Shown here in pieces: positions 16,388 through 25,303 of a stretch of 32,000 nt of DNA (the first letter of the stretch is position 1; each line of letters begins with the position of its first letter). The position numbers and the translations under genes were made by a program. The notes under the pieces are model-generated. The model worked only from the letters and a program-made list of their open reading frames with translations, made no database searches and had not been told where the DNA came from. This DNA is from an uncultured archaeon (lineage in GTDB: Archaea; Iainarchaeota; Iainarchaeia; Iainarchaeales; 0-14-0-20-30-16). The DNA is taken from assembly GCA_964480435.1 (NCBI GenBank), contig CAYZSS010000005.1, forward strand, positions 4,593-36,592. Direction: 5' to 3'.

Positions 16388-17635
16388 TTAAAATACTAAA
16401 CTCGCCATTATTGGCAAGGCAATTACGGATGCAATTATGCTCCCTAAATTACTAAGCGCCACAATTAATAAAATCTTACTTACTTTGTTACCTCTAAGCT
16501 TTTTTAGGGAAAAGCCAATACTATTTAAAGCCAAGAAGTCCATTACTTTGGGTTTATTTGCCATTACTTCCACAAGCCCTGCGACCCAACCAGCCCCAAT
16601 AAAAGGGTTTAAAGCAGTAAAAGGAGCAACAATAAAAGCTGTTAATATAGTAATGAACTTTGCTCCTCCAATAATACAGCCAAGGCTAGCAAGAATCCCA
16701 TGTAATAAAAACCAGAGCAGTAATAAATTTACACCTACCCCTGTTCCTTTTGTGTTAAAACCATATATTATAAAAAATAAAAATAATATTGGTATAAGCC
16801 ATTTTAGAAGCCCTATTTTTCTCTTTTGTTTTATGGTTGTAAGGCTATTATAAGAATAATTCTCAAATTCTTTAAGTGTTAAATTTTTCTCAATACCACT
16901 TAAGTGTCCTGCTCCGACTATGGTAAGAACTTTACCAGCAGTACTTTCACCAAGTTTTTTTGCAATATATCTGTCTCTATCATCAACTAAAGTTTCCTTA
17001 AGTTTAGGGAATTCTTTAACCATAAGAGAAATTGCTTTGCTTATTGAATCCTCTTTTTTCATTGCTTCTACTGTTTCTTTGTCTATTTCATCTGAACTGA
17101 AAAAAGATAAAAAGAAAAAATACATTAACTTCATCTTTTCAAAGAATGAAAGGGCTGAAATGGCTTTTTTAAAGGTAATTTGGATGTCTCTATCCGCCAA
17201 AATTACAGGTATATTTTTCTCTTTTGCAATATTATATGCCTCTATCATTTCTTGCCCTGGCATTATTCCTACCTTTTCTCCAAGCTTTTTTTGGATGTTC
17301 GCAAGATACATATTAAGCAAAAAAAGATAAACATTTTTTGTTTTTATTACTTCAAATATGTTCATTTCTTTCCAGTTCTCTGGATTTACAAGTTTATGTA
17401 ATCTGCTTTCACAGAGTTCTATAGCAATAACATCAGGTTTTTCTAATTCAATTGTTTCTCTTACTTCTTCTACGCTTTTATTGGAAATGTGGGCAGTACC
17501 CAAAACAATGTGTTCTGTAATATGTTCTCCTTTGTTTACAAAAATAGTTCGCTTAAGGTGACTAGTAGATATATTTTCCTTTACTTGTTTGTTTTCATTT
17601 TTTTCCTTTTTCTTCACTACAATCCCCATAAGCAC
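16388..17635 (-). CDS. TraB/PrgY-family protein with C-terminal membrane domain
   Basis: VLGTAHISNKSVEEVRETIELEKPDVIAIELCESR and IVGAGHLSGI are typical of the TraB family, followed by about 4-5 hydrophobic helices. GTG start at 17635; ATG alternative at 17629. Confidence 0.7.
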   Translation of the reverse strand: MLMGIVVKKKEKNENKQVKENISTSHLKRTIFVNKGEHITEHIVLGTAHISNKSVEEVRETIELEKPDVIAIELCESRLHKLVNPENWKEMNIFEVIKTKNVYLFLLNMYLANIQKKLGEKVGIMPGQEMIEAYNIAKEKNIPVILADRDIQITFKKAISALSFFEKMKLMYFFFLSFFSSDEIDKETVEAMKKEDSISKAISLMVKEFPKLKETLVDDRDRYIAKKLGESTAGKVLTIVGAGHLSGIEKNLTLKEFENYSYNSLTTIKQKRKIGLLKWLIPILFLFFIIYGFNTKGTGVGVNLLLLWFLLHGILASLGCIIGGAKFITILTAFIVAPFTALNPFIGAGWVAGLVEVMANKPKVMDFLALNSIGFSLKKLRGNKVSKILLIVALSNLGSIIASVIALPIMASLVF

Positions 17636-17696
17636 ATTAATAAATGTTTTTTAACAATCAATATATTAATTTATGATATTTATATATATAAAGGAT

Positions 17697-17769
17697 AGCC
17701 CTGTAATGTAGCGGCCTATCAGTAGAGGCTCTGGACCTCTAAACCTGGGTTCAAATCCCAGCAGGGCTA
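17697..17769 (+). tRNA. tRNA-Gln (anticodon CUG)
   Basis: Acceptor agccctg/cagggct. Anticodon stem agagg/cctct with loop ctCTGga (anticodon at 17731-17733). T arm ctggg-ttcaaat-cccag. Discriminator A, no encoded CCA. The D arm (atgt...tcag) follows the weak pattern I recall for archaeal Gln tRNAs. AT-rich TATA-like DNA upstream. Confidence 0.9.
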
Positions 17770-17799
17770 TATCTGTGTTTTAATGAACAAGAGGATAAA

Positions 17800-18339
17800 A
17801 TGTGTAAAGAAGAGTATGTTTATTATTTATCAAAAAAAATTGGACACAACGGAAATGATAACTATATAGGCATTGGCTCTTCAAATTTTACTCCTTTAGA
17901 ATTAAATTTTAAATCAGAAACAGATATAAAAAAAGTAATTCCCGGTGACAAGTTATATGTTGGCGAAGGAAGTAGAGAAGTAGTTAAATCCATTATTGGA
18001 AGAGCGGAACCCCTTGATTTTGAAGGTAATGATCACAAATTTTTGCAGGAAATTATAAATAAAATTATTTCTGAAAATGAAACTAGGTTTGTGGACTTTT
18101 TTAATAACTCTGAGGCGTATAGTATGAAAAGGCACAGTTTATCTCTAATTCCCGGTGTAGGTCCAAAAGTATTAGCATTTATCTTAAAAGAAAGAAAAAT
18201 AAAACAAATTAATAGTATTAATGATTTAAAAGAAAGATGTGAACAAAATAATGTTCCATTCATTCCATTAAGCAATTTATCAAAAAGAATTGTTTTGGAA
18301 TTGTGTGGAAAAACTAAAGAAAGAATTTTTGTAAAGTAG
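17800..18339 (+). CDS. Predicted nucleic-acid-binding protein, OB-fold + HhH (COG1491/DUF655-like)
   Basis: RFVDFFNNSEAYSMKRHSLSLIPGVGPKVLAFILKERK...FNSINDLKERC matches the DUF655 pattern (FFN..P.t.r.H.LeLLPGIG). Sits next to ribosome-biogenesis genes. Confidence 0.65.
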   Translation: MCKEEYVYYLSKKIGHNGNDNYIGIGSSNFTPLELNFKSETDIKKVIPGDKLYVGEGSREVVKSIIGRAEPLDFEGNDHKFLQEIINKIISENETRFVDFFNNSEAYSMKRHSLSLIPGVGPKVLAFILKERKIKQINSINDLKERCEQNNVPFIPLSNLSKRIVLELCGKTKERIFVK

Positions 18340-18425
18340 TGATAGAGATGGACAAGTTTAAATTTGTGCTAATAAAAAATCTTGCACAAATATCAAACAG
18401 GGCATAAAAATTAAGGTGTTATTTT

Positions 18426-19169
18426 ATGGACGTATCTAAATTTTTTGGAAGTAAATTTATTACGGGGCAAGATAATGGCGAAAAAACCAGGAAGATATAC
18501 CAAGAAGTTTTTGATAATAGGATGTTTAACACGATATCTAAACTGTATTACAAAAAAATCTTTGATGTTATTGACGGTCTTATTTCAACAGGAAAAGAAG
18601 CAAATGTGTTCCTTGCAAAAAAAGGTGACGGAAAAATCGCAATAAAAATATTCCGGAGGGAAACTACCTCTTTTTCTAAATTTATTGAATATGTTGAGAG
18701 TGACCCTAGATTTCTAAATATTAAAAAAAATAGGGCACAGATATCAAACCTAATGGCACACAAAGAATTTAGAAACCTAAAAACAGCAGAGAAATTTGGT
18801 TGCAGAGTTCCAAAAGCAATTAAATTTATTGAGAATATTGTGGTAATGGAGTGCATTGGGGAGCCAGAACAGACCTTAGATAATTTTTCTAAGCAGGAGA
18901 TTGAAGAAAATAAGGAACAAATATTTTCTGAAATTGAAGAGAACCTGAGAAAACTAAAAAAAGCAAGGCTTGTGCATGGGGATCTATCAGAATATAACAT
19001 AATATTTTTTAAGAACGTTTACTTTATTGATATGTCGCAGTCAACAACCTATGATAATCCCAGAGCAAAAGAGTTTTATCTGCGGGATTTGAAAAATATC
19101 CAAAGACTATTTAAAAAATATAAATACACTTCAGAATTTATTGAAAAAGAAATAGAGGGACTTATATGA
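18426..19169 (+). CDS. rio1: RIO-type serine/threonine protein kinase (Rio1-like, no N-terminal wHTH)
   Basis: ISTGKEANVF, IAIKIFR, VMECIG, LVHGDLSEYNI, IDMSQS. Confidence 0.85.
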   Translation: MDVSKFFGSKFITGQDNGEKTRKIYQEVFDNRMFNTISKLYYKKIFDVIDGLISTGKEANVFLAKKGDGKIAIKIFRRETTSFSKFIEYVESDPRFLNIKKNRAQISNLMAHKEFRNLKTAEKFGCRVPKAIKFIENIVVMECIGEPEQTLDNFSKQEIEENKEQIFSEIEENLRKLKKARLVHGDLSEYNIIFFKNVYFIDMSQSTTYDNPRAKEFYLRDLKNIQRLFKKYKYTSEFIEKEIEGLI

Positions 19170-19693
19170 GCACTACGTATTTGAAAATAACCCATGAAAG
19201 AATTCCAATTCTTATAGGGAAAAATGGAGAAACAAGGAAAAGACTAGAGAATATAACTCTTGCAAAAATAATTATAGATAGTGAAACGGGGGATGTAACA
19301 ATAGACCAAAAAGAAGCAAACCCATTAACTTTTTATAAATTAGAGACTGTTATAAAAGCAATTGGCAGAGGCTTTTCTCCGGATCACGCAATCTATTTGC
19401 TAGATGATGGCTATGAACTATTGCTAATGGATATAAGTGATTATGCCAAAAGTGAAAAAGCAAGAGGAACTAAAAGATCTAGAATAATTGGCACAGATGG
19501 TACAGTAAGAAAATATATTGAAGATGTTACGGACTGTTTTATTTCTGTACAAGGAAAAACAGTTGGTATAATTGGGATAGAACCTAAGTTATCAGTTGCT
19601 ATTCAGGCAGTACAAAGAATCCTTGAGGGTGCTGAAATAATGTCTGTAAAAACATTTTTGAAAAAAGCACTAATAAAAGGGACTTTAATGTGA
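19166..19693 (+). CDS. KH-domain RNA-binding protein (Dim2/Pno1-like)
   Basis: Two KH-like GxxG segments, ILIGKNGETRKRLE and IIGTDGTVRKYIE. ATGA overlap with the rio1 stop. Rio1-KH pairing is common in archaea. Confidence 0.75.
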   Translation: MSTTYLKITHERIPILIGKNGETRKRLENITLAKIIIDSETGDVTIDQKEANPLTFYKLETVIKAIGRGFSPDHAIYLLDDGYELLLMDISDYAKSEKARGTKRSRIIGTDGTVRKYIEDVTDCFISVQGKTVGIIGIEPKLSVAIQAVQRILEGAEIMSVKTFLKKALIKGTLM

Positions 19694-19728
19694 AATCTAA
19701 ATAATTTAATTCAAAATGAGATGATAAA

Positions 19729-22700
19729 ATGGAAGCACAAAATAAAGACAGTTTTTCAGCAAGTTTTAAGGAAAGCTCGGTTGCAGAGTTTTTCAAACAA
19801 AACCGACATATGCTTGGTCTTTATGGGAAAATTAGATCTCTAACTACTGTTATTGCTGAATATGTTTGTAATTCTCTTGATGCCTGTGAAGAAGGAGGAA
19901 TTCTTCCGGAGATAATTGTAAAAATTATCCCAATAGGTGAAGAACATTATGAAATCCATGTTCTAGATAATGGGCCTGGAATACCAAAGGAGAAAGTAGG
20001 AAAGGCTTTAGGTAAACTTTTGGCAGGAACAAAATTTCATAGATTGATCCAATCATTAACTGCAGATGAACTAATGATATACAGACAAAACAATAAAATT
20101 CAAATAGAACCTATAGGCATATTTGTAGATAAATTTCTAAAACCAAATGAATATGAAAAAGATATTTCAAAATTAAACATTAGCGTTCCATGTTTTGATC
20201 ATATAAAATATATCTATACTTTTAGAAAAATTAAAACAGTTATTAGGCATTCTAGAAAAAATGAAATTTATGAAATCAAGACAAAGTATAATAAAAAAAT
20301 TAAAGTAACGGGCTGTCACAGTGTATTTTCTTTAAACGCAGCAGGTTTAATAAAAGAAACCGAAGTTAGAAACTTATCAAAAGGGGATTATATTGCTTGT
20401 CCAAATAAACTGCCTGAGGTAAAAATAATAACTAAAATTAATTGTTTAGATTACCTGGATGATAACACTGTTGGAGAAAGATGGTTTTGCTATGGAATTG
20501 ATAACAAAATAATCTCTAGTTTATTTAAAACTGCAAAACTAACTAAAAAAAGAGACAAAACAGGTAAACTAAGAGAATATTTCAAGCTCAAAGACAAAAA
20601 CAAAAATGAATTGTTAGTGCTAAAAGAATCTGTCCAATATAATTATCTAAAAAAACATTTCTTGCCTATTAATATAATCCTTAAAATGGGGCTAAACAAC
20701 AAAGTAAAAAATGGAACAATAAGAAGTTATATTCATGGAAATATTGTTGATATACCGGTAGAATGGAATTTAACTCCGGGATTTGTCAGATTCTTAGGGC
20801 TATATGTTGCAGAAGGGCATTTAGACAAAAGACAAATAGGCTTTACTTTTGGTAAACATGAACAGAAATATATAACTGAAATCAGCTCTTTTGCAAAATC
20901 AAAAGGCATACACACAACATTAGAAAAGAGAATCGCATCTTTAAGGATAAAAGTATTTGGCGGTATTATTTCTAATCTTATGAGAAATTGGTGTGGGCAT
21001 CTTGCAAAAAACAAAAAAATACCTGAATTTATTTTTTCTGCAGATTATAGATTAAGACAACAGTTTTTGGATGCATTATATCAGGGTGATGGGCATAACA
21101 CAAAAAGCAGAAATCAATTAATGCATGTTACGGTAAGTGAAACACTTGCAAATCAGTTGCAATATTTGTGGTTATTACAGGGTGTGGTAACTGCCAGAAA
21201 TGAACGAATGAACAAAGGGCTGGGAAAAACTCCATCAAAGGTCTATGTTACCACAACTTATGGAAAAGATATAAATAAATCTAATGTGTTTTCCACAAAT
21301 ACAAAGTGTATAATACAAGAACACAAATTATTACCTATTCAAATATTTAATGAGTTTAAACACAAAAAAGTAAACCAATTTAATCCCACTATGCCAGAAA
21401 TTTTTAGAATTTTAAATTTGGGGGATACAAAAATACAAATAAACAAATATATCAAAATATTTGATAAACTATTTAAAGGTAAATCCATTGCTAATATAAA
21501 CAAACACAAATTTAAGCAGTTACTAAATTTAGGATTCATTGACAATAATTATAACCCGACTAAAATAGTTGAATTATTAAAAAATAAATTGCAAAAAATC
21601 AAAACATTAACAGAATCCAATCTGAGTTTACTAAGAATTGTAGATGTTAAAAAGATTACTATTGGTTTTAAACAGGTTTATGATATTTCTGTTCCGGGCT
21701 ATGAAAATTTTGTTGCAGGTAGCGGAGGAATTGCCTGCCATAACACTCGTGGACAACAAGGTATAGGAGCCAGTGGTTGTATACTTCTTAGTCAAGTTAC
21801 TACTGGTAAACCAACAAAAGTTATTTCTGGATCTGGTGGAAGACCAACATATATGGAACTGGAAATTGATATTGAAAAAAACGAACCAAAAATTAAAGCA
21901 CAAAAAGAATTAGATTACGATTATAGAGGACTTGCAATAAAATCAGAGATAAAAGATGTAAATTACCAGAACAGTAATCAAAATGCTCTGGAATATCTAA
22001 GAAGAACCGCAATTGTAAATCCACATGTAACCATAAATTATACTGATCCTTTTAACAATACTTATATTTTTGAAAGATCAACAGGGTATATTCCTAAAAA
22101 ACCAATTGCAATAAAACCCCACATAAAATGTGTCACCACCGATGATCTTAAAACACTAGTAAAGGCCCATCCTAAGAAGTCTATTGCTGGGCTTTTTAAA
22201 CAAGAGTTTGATAGGGTTGGTGACAAAACTATTAAAGACATAAATTCGCTTTTGAACTTTGATATTACTTCTTTAAACATGAATAAAGCTACTTGGGAAC
22301 AATTTGAAAAAGTAGTAAAAGCTATTGCAAAGACAAAGACCATCTCTCCCCGCTTAGATAGTCTTATTCCTATTGAAGAAAAATATCTTGAGGAGTCATT
22401 AAGAAAAATAGTAAAACCTGAGTTTCTATCTGTATTAACAAGAAAGCCCACGGTATACAAAGGTGGCTATCCTCTACAAGTAGAAGTTGCTATTGCTTAT
22501 GGAGGAGATTCAGGGCAAACTTTGGCAAATAATGAAAAACGAATGGAACTAATGAGATTTGCAAATAAAGCACCCCTATTATTTGATAATGGAGCCTGCG
22601 CAATAACTAAGGCAGTGAATTCAATAGATTGGAAAAGATATAATATAAGAGATATTGAAACTCAGCCAATAACAATCCTTGTGAACTTGGCGTCTGTACA

Positions 22701-23088
22701 CATACCGTACACTAGCGCAGGAAAGCAGGCAATTGCTGAAGAAGATGAAATCGTTGAAGAAATAAGAAAAGCACTAATGACAGCGGTAAGGTCTTTAGGA
22801 ATCCACCTGTCAAAGAAGAAAGGACTAGAGTTAAAGTTAAAGAAAAGAAGCATTTTTATCCATTACGCAAAGGAACTGGCGGAAGGACTACACCTACTAA
22901 CGGACCGGAATAAAAAAGAATTAGTTGAAAAGTTAGAGGTAATAATAACACAAAAACTACAGCTTGAAGAAGATGAAGATGCAGAAGATCCTCCTGAAGA
23001 TGAAATAATTGATGAAAGCAAACAAAAAGGAAAAAAAGAGAAAATAACTGATTTCTTTAGCTCAGAAGGTGAAGATGATGACCAATAA
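19729..23088 (+). CDS. top6B: DNA topoisomerase VI subunit B, interrupted in frame by an intein
   Basis: GHKL N box EYVCNSLDACEE, G1 box LDNGPGIP, G2 box TRGQQGIGASG, then transducer region and acidic tail. 1119 aa in total, of which 555 aa are extein. Confidence 0.9.
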   Translation: MEAQNKDSFSASFKESSVAEFFKQNRHMLGLYGKIRSLTTVIAEYVCNSLDACEEGGILPEIIVKIIPIGEEHYEIHVLDNGPGIPKEKVGKALGKLLAGTKFHRLIQSLTADELMIYRQNNKIQIEPIGIFVDKFLKPNEYEKDISKLNISVPCFDHIKYIYTFRKIKTVIRHSRKNEIYEIKTKYNKKIKVTGCHSVFSLNAAGLIKETEVRNLSKGDYIACPNKLPEVKIITKINCLDYLDDNTVGERWFCYGIDNKIISSLFKTAKLTKKRDKTGKLREYFKLKDKNKNELLVLKESVQYNYLKKHFLPINIILKMGLNNKVKNGTIRSYIHGNIVDIPVEWNLTPGFVRFLGLYVAEGHLDKRQIGFTFGKHEQKYITEISSFAKSKGIHTTLEKRIASLRIKVFGGIISNLMRNWCGHLAKNKKIPEFIFSADYRLRQQFLDALYQGDGHNTKSRNQLMHVTVSETLANQLQYLWLLQGVVTARNERMNKGLGKTPSKVYVTTTYGKDINKSNVFSTNTKCIIQEHKLLPIQIFNEFKHKKVNQFNPTMPEIFRILNLGDTKIQINKYIKIFDKLFKGKSIANINKHKFKQLLNLGFIDNNYNPTKIVELLKNKLQKIKTLTESNLSLLRIVDVKKITIGFKQVYDISVPGYENFVAGSGGIACHNTRGQQGIGASGCILLSQVTTGKPTKVISGSGGRPTYMELEIDIEKNEPKIKAQKELDYDYRGLAIKSEIKDVNYQNSNQNALEYLRRTAIVNPHVTINYTDPFNNTYIFERSTGYIPKKPIAIKPHIKCVTTDDLKTLVKAHPKKSIAGLFKQEFDRVGDKTIKDINSLLNFDITSLNMNKATWEQFEKVVKAIAKTKTISPRLDSLIPIEEKYLEESLRKIVKPEFLSVLTRKPTVYKGGYPLQVEVAIAYGGDSGQTLANNEKRMELMRFANKAPLLFDNGACAITKAVNSIDWKRYNIRDIETQPITILVNLASVHIPYTSAGKQAIAEEDEIVEEIRKALMTAVRSLGIHLSKKKGLELKLKKRSIFIHYAKELAEGLHLLTDRNKKELVEKLEVIITQKLQLEEDEDAEDPPEDEIIDESKQKGKKEKITDFFSSEGEDDDQ
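20053..21744 (+). mobile_element. Intein (564 aa) with LAGLIDADG homing-endonuclease domain inside top6B
   Basis: Starts SLTADELMIY (block A, Ser1). Block B KVTGCHSVF (TxxH). LAGLIDADG motifs FLGLYVAEGHL and FLDALYQGDGH. Ends VYDISVPGYENFVAGSGGIACHN, followed by Thr+1 (TRGQQGIG). Confidence 0.85.
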
Positions 23089-24175
23089 AGATAATAAAGA
23101 TATAACCAAAATAGAGCAGTTGGGACGAGATATAGTAAAGCAGATTGATGCAGGTCAAGAACCAGATTATTCAATTCCAATTAGATCTTTAAGTAATATT
23201 TATTATGATAAAGAATCAAAAACAATTAAACTTGGTGACAAAACAAGTAAAAGACATTTTTTGAATATAGGGCATGCAAGAAAGTTTATGCAAACTGTTT
23301 TAGTGGCATCAGAAATAAAAGAACTAATAAAGCATGAGGCAACAACCTCTATTAGAGATCTTTATTATGCACTAAAGCACACAATTGAAGGTACAAAAGA
23401 AAATGTTTTTGAAAATCAGGGTGAGTCAGACCCACTGATTGAAGATTTAGAAGCAGCTTTAGGGTTGTTAAGAGAAGAATTACATCTAACCGCATCTACC
23501 AAAGGAATTATTGCAGGAAATTTAGTAGTAAAAGATGGAAGAGATGTTATCGATTTAGCAAGAATGGGGTCAGGTGGTTGGGGTGTACCATCCAATGTTG
23601 AACCAGAAAAAATTGAGATTAAAGATATGCATGCAGAATATATTCTTTTTATTGAAAAGGATGCGGTTTGGAAAAGATTTAATGAAGATAAATTCTGGAA
23701 AAAACACAACTGTATTATAATCACAGGAAAAGGACAACCAGCAAGAGCAGAGAGGAGATTAGTACAGAGATTAAATAAAGAATATAACCTTCCTGTTTAT
23801 GCTCTTATGGATGCAGATCCATGGGGGATGTACATTTATTCAGTAATAAAACAGGGCTCGATTTCTCTAAGTTATTCCGAGGAAAAATTAGCTACTCCTG
23901 ATACTAAATATATTGGATTAACAATTTCTGATGTTGACAAATTCAAAATCCCAAGCAATGTAACAATTAAACTAAACCAGCAGGATTTGAAAAGAATAAG
24001 AGAAATGAAAGAATATCCTTGGTTTAAGAAGGATAAAGGCTGGCAAAAAGAGTTTGATTTGATGAAACAGAGAAACTACAAGTTAGAATTGGAAGCTTTA
24101 AGTAGAAAAGGAATAAGATTCATAACAGAAGAATATTTACCTAGAAAGATTGAAACTAAAGATTTTTTAGGTTAA
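23069..24175 (+). CDS. top6A: DNA topoisomerase VI subunit A (Spo11 family)
   Basis: SIRDLYYALKH (catalytic Tyr region), Toprim ILFIEKDAVW and LMDADPWGMYIY. Overlaps top6B by 20 nt. Confidence 0.9.
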   Translation: MKMMTNKDNKDITKIEQLGRDIVKQIDAGQEPDYSIPIRSLSNIYYDKESKTIKLGDKTSKRHFLNIGHARKFMQTVLVASEIKELIKHEATTSIRDLYYALKHTIEGTKENVFENQGESDPLIEDLEAALGLLREELHLTASTKGIIAGNLVVKDGRDVIDLARMGSGGWGVPSNVEPEKIEIKDMHAEYILFIEKDAVWKRFNEDKFWKKHNCIIITGKGQPARAERRLVQRLNKEYNLPVYALMDADPWGMYIYSVIKQGSISLSYSEEKLATPDTKYIGLTISDVDKFKIPSNVTIKLNQQDLKRIREMKEYPWFKKDKGWQKEFDLMKQRNYKLELEALSRKGIRFITEEYLPRKIETKDFLG

Positions 24176-24190
24176 GATTTACTTGGAGAT

Positions 24191-25000
24191 GTGATTATGC
24201 CTAAAAGACCGCCACACAGGGTGCTTTTAAATATCCCTGAAGAAAAAAGCTATTATGAAGCAGTAGATAGATTACATGCAGAAACAGGAATAATACCCCA
24301 GAAACACTACTCTTTTAAATTTTCTAGGTTTACCAGGGAAATTGGGCTTTTAGATCAATACCATGCACAACTTAAAAAACTACAAAGAGGAGAAGCTATT
24401 GTTTTATTTCCATATGACGGACAGCCGGGATTTACGCTTGAACCTGTAAGAATAGGAAAAACATATACAGTAGTAAAAACAAAAATTAACCCAGGAAATA
24501 CAGCAACAATATACTTTTATGTTCCTAATAGCAAGGTTCATGGAGCAAGAATATTATTAGCTGATGCAAGACTTTCAGGAAATGTAAATAATATGCTAAT
24601 TCCTTTTAATGCGGGTCATGTGCAAATTAATGATGCTGGAAGGAACAAAATAATTTTTGAGCAAATACAAGGTGGTTTTTCCTCAGAAATAGATATTAGA
24701 GACCAAAAACTTATCTCCCGCGGCTTGACTTCTTTACATGGGCTATGGAAGAAAAAGATGATTGCAGCAATAATTCAAGAAGCCTTAAATAGTGGCAAAA
24801 GTGTGTTCTTTCCAACAGGGCACAGATACAAAGATTATTTAGGGCATGCACAATATAATGCACAATCACATGATCGTTTCTTTAAAGAGGTTATGACGGA
24901 GCTTGGCTTAGATTTTACTTTAGAAAAAGATTATTACCTTGTTCAACCAAAAGGAGCCCCTGAGAGAGCTAAGGGTATTTTGGAAAGGATCTTTGGGTAA
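24191..25000 (+). CDS. Hypothetical His/Arg-containing protein, last gene of the top6B-top6A transcription block
   Basis: GGAG at 24185-24188, 8 nt upstream of ATG 24197 (track start is GTG 24191). 16-22 nt after the top6A stop. A T-run follows directly after its own stop. No family recognised. Confidence 0.55.
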   Translation: MIMPKRPPHRVLLNIPEEKSYYEAVDRLHAETGIIPQKHYSFKFSRFTREIGLLDQYHAQLKKLQRGEAIVLFPYDGQPGFTLEPVRIGKTYTVVKTKINPGNTATIYFYVPNSKVHGARILLADARLSGNVNNMLIPFNAGHVQINDAGRNKIIFEQIQGGFSSEIDIRDQKLISRGLTSLHGLWKKKMIAAIIQEALNSGKSVFFPTGHRYKDYLGHAQYNAQSHDRFFKEVMTELGLDFTLEKDYYLVQPKGAPERAKGILERIFG

Positions 25001-25078
25001 TTTCTTTTCTTTTTTTATCCTTTCACTTAAAAGATAACTTTATATTTTTTTTCTGATTAATATATATTAGGTGTCTGT

Positions 25079-25249
25079 ATGGATAACAACATTAAGGCTT
25101 TACTAATGGTTGTAGTTGGGTTCTTTCTAATTTTCTGGATATCCCAGGATTTTTCTTTAATTTCTTTTAGAAACACAAGCAACGTCTCAATAGGTCTTAT
25201 AATCATAGCTATTATCCTGCTAGTTGTCTTCCTGAATAAAAAGAAATAA
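25079..25249 (+). CDS. Possible 56-aa two-helix membrane peptide (not in the ORF track)
   Basis: MDNNIKALLMVVVGFFLIFWISQDFSLISFRNTSNVSIGLIIIAIILLVVFLNKKK. AGGTG lies 6 nt upstream of the ATG, with the TATA-like ttaatatatatt further upstream. Confidence 0.35.
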   Translation: MDNNIKALLMVVVGFFLIFWISQDFSLISFRNTSNVSIGLIIIAIILLVVFLNKKK

Positions 25250-25303
25250 CAATTCAGGTATTTTTAAGAAAGTTATATATTAACCATTAAATCTAATATA
25301 ATA

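Noticed and set aside
18373-18400. A 7-bp inverted repeat, tttgtgc...gcacaaa, between the DUF655-like gene and rio1, considered as a regulatory operator.
   Set aside because: It is a short A/T-rich stem with a 14-nt loop. It is compatible with a weak terminator or chance occurrence, and nothing more specific could be supported.
19729-23088. The 1119-aa Top6B ORF as a gene fusion, misassembly or novel giant subunit.
   Set aside because: The extra 564 aa have all the intein splice-junction and LAGLIDADG signatures. Their removal restores a contiguous GHKL motif, so an intein explains the length.
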